Positions 63,591 through 64,000 of a stretch of 64,000 nt of DNA are shown piece by piece. The position numbers and the translations under genes were made by a program. Each line of letters begins with the position of its first letter. Positions within the stretch are counted from its first letter, which is position 1. Location: NCBI GenBank assembly GCA_010909165.1, contig MU008185.1, positions 558,001 to 622,000 of the forward strand, given 5' to 3'. This DNA is from Anthoceros angustus (taxonomy: Eukaryota; Plantae; Anthocerotophyta). The notes under the pieces were generated by a model. It saw nothing but the letters and a program-made list of their open reading frames with translations, did not search any database and was not told the DNA's origin.

Positions 63591-64000
63591 AGCACGTTCA
63601 GAATCCAAACAAGTCCAAAAGGCCAAAGCTTTCCTTCCCGGTGCTCGTCTTCCGGCGCAGAAAAGCTCTACCCTAGAAACTCTGCCACTTCACAGTACTC
63701 TGCCTCAGCAAGCCCCTCCTCTCTCGCTTTTATTGAGGTTCAATCAACCCTGCACCAGCAATAATTTGCCTCCGCTGCCAGCTAGTTTCGCTCCTCTAAG
63801 CTCAAGGCTTGGAAACATGCACTGCCTCAATCTGCTGCCCCTGCCTCCTTTTATTGGATAGTCTTCATCATCGCGACCCTGCAATTTCCACTTCCGGCTG
63901 CTTCACGAAAGCGCGCTCCAAAAAGATCCTGATACCGATGGGAGGCTGGTCCTCTGAAAACCTGGGTTGACCACGTGCCCACTGGTGACAAAGCAAGCTT

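Noticed and set aside
63097-63861. 254-aa plus-strand ORF
   Set aside because: Non-ATG start, no recognisable domain, and antisense to the better-supported 86-aa ORF.
1-64000. tRNA, rRNA or snRNA genes
   Set aside because: None recognised by eye; tRNAscan-SE/Infernal would be needed to exclude them.

Overview
Eukaryotic, land-plant nuclear DNA. The compact genes, ~50-190-nt introns and PPR-like debris suggest a lycophyte such as Selaginella (inference only). Left arm, 1-15.3 kb, is gene-dense: the 5' part of a DmX-like/RAV1 WD40 gene (-), an intronless organellar DNA gyrase B (+), a 4-exon TOM2B (-), RNA polymerase I second subunit NRPA2 (+, ~27 exons, first intron a U12-type AT-AC intron) and an intronless F-box gene (+). 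The centre, ~16-52 kb, is a transposon island. It holds a Sola-like DDD transposase remnant and a complete 19.7-kb CACTA-superfamily element (23806-43527) with atypical CCCTA ends, perfect 30-bp TIRs and a GGG TSD. That element encodes a TnpD transposase plus two oppositely oriented TnpA-like genes around an internal ~40-bp motif array. A further unclassified TE and PPR-like fragments follow. Right arm: a domesticated hAT/BED-type gene with polyQ tracts (-), a microsatellite-rich intergenic region and a small conserved plant ORF (-). Two error signatures are visible: single-base losses in G/C runs of GC-rich genes, and CWG-centred differences between tandem copies in the TE island. The latter are typical of nanopore calls on CHG-methylated DNA, so many frameshifts and duplications may be artefacts.
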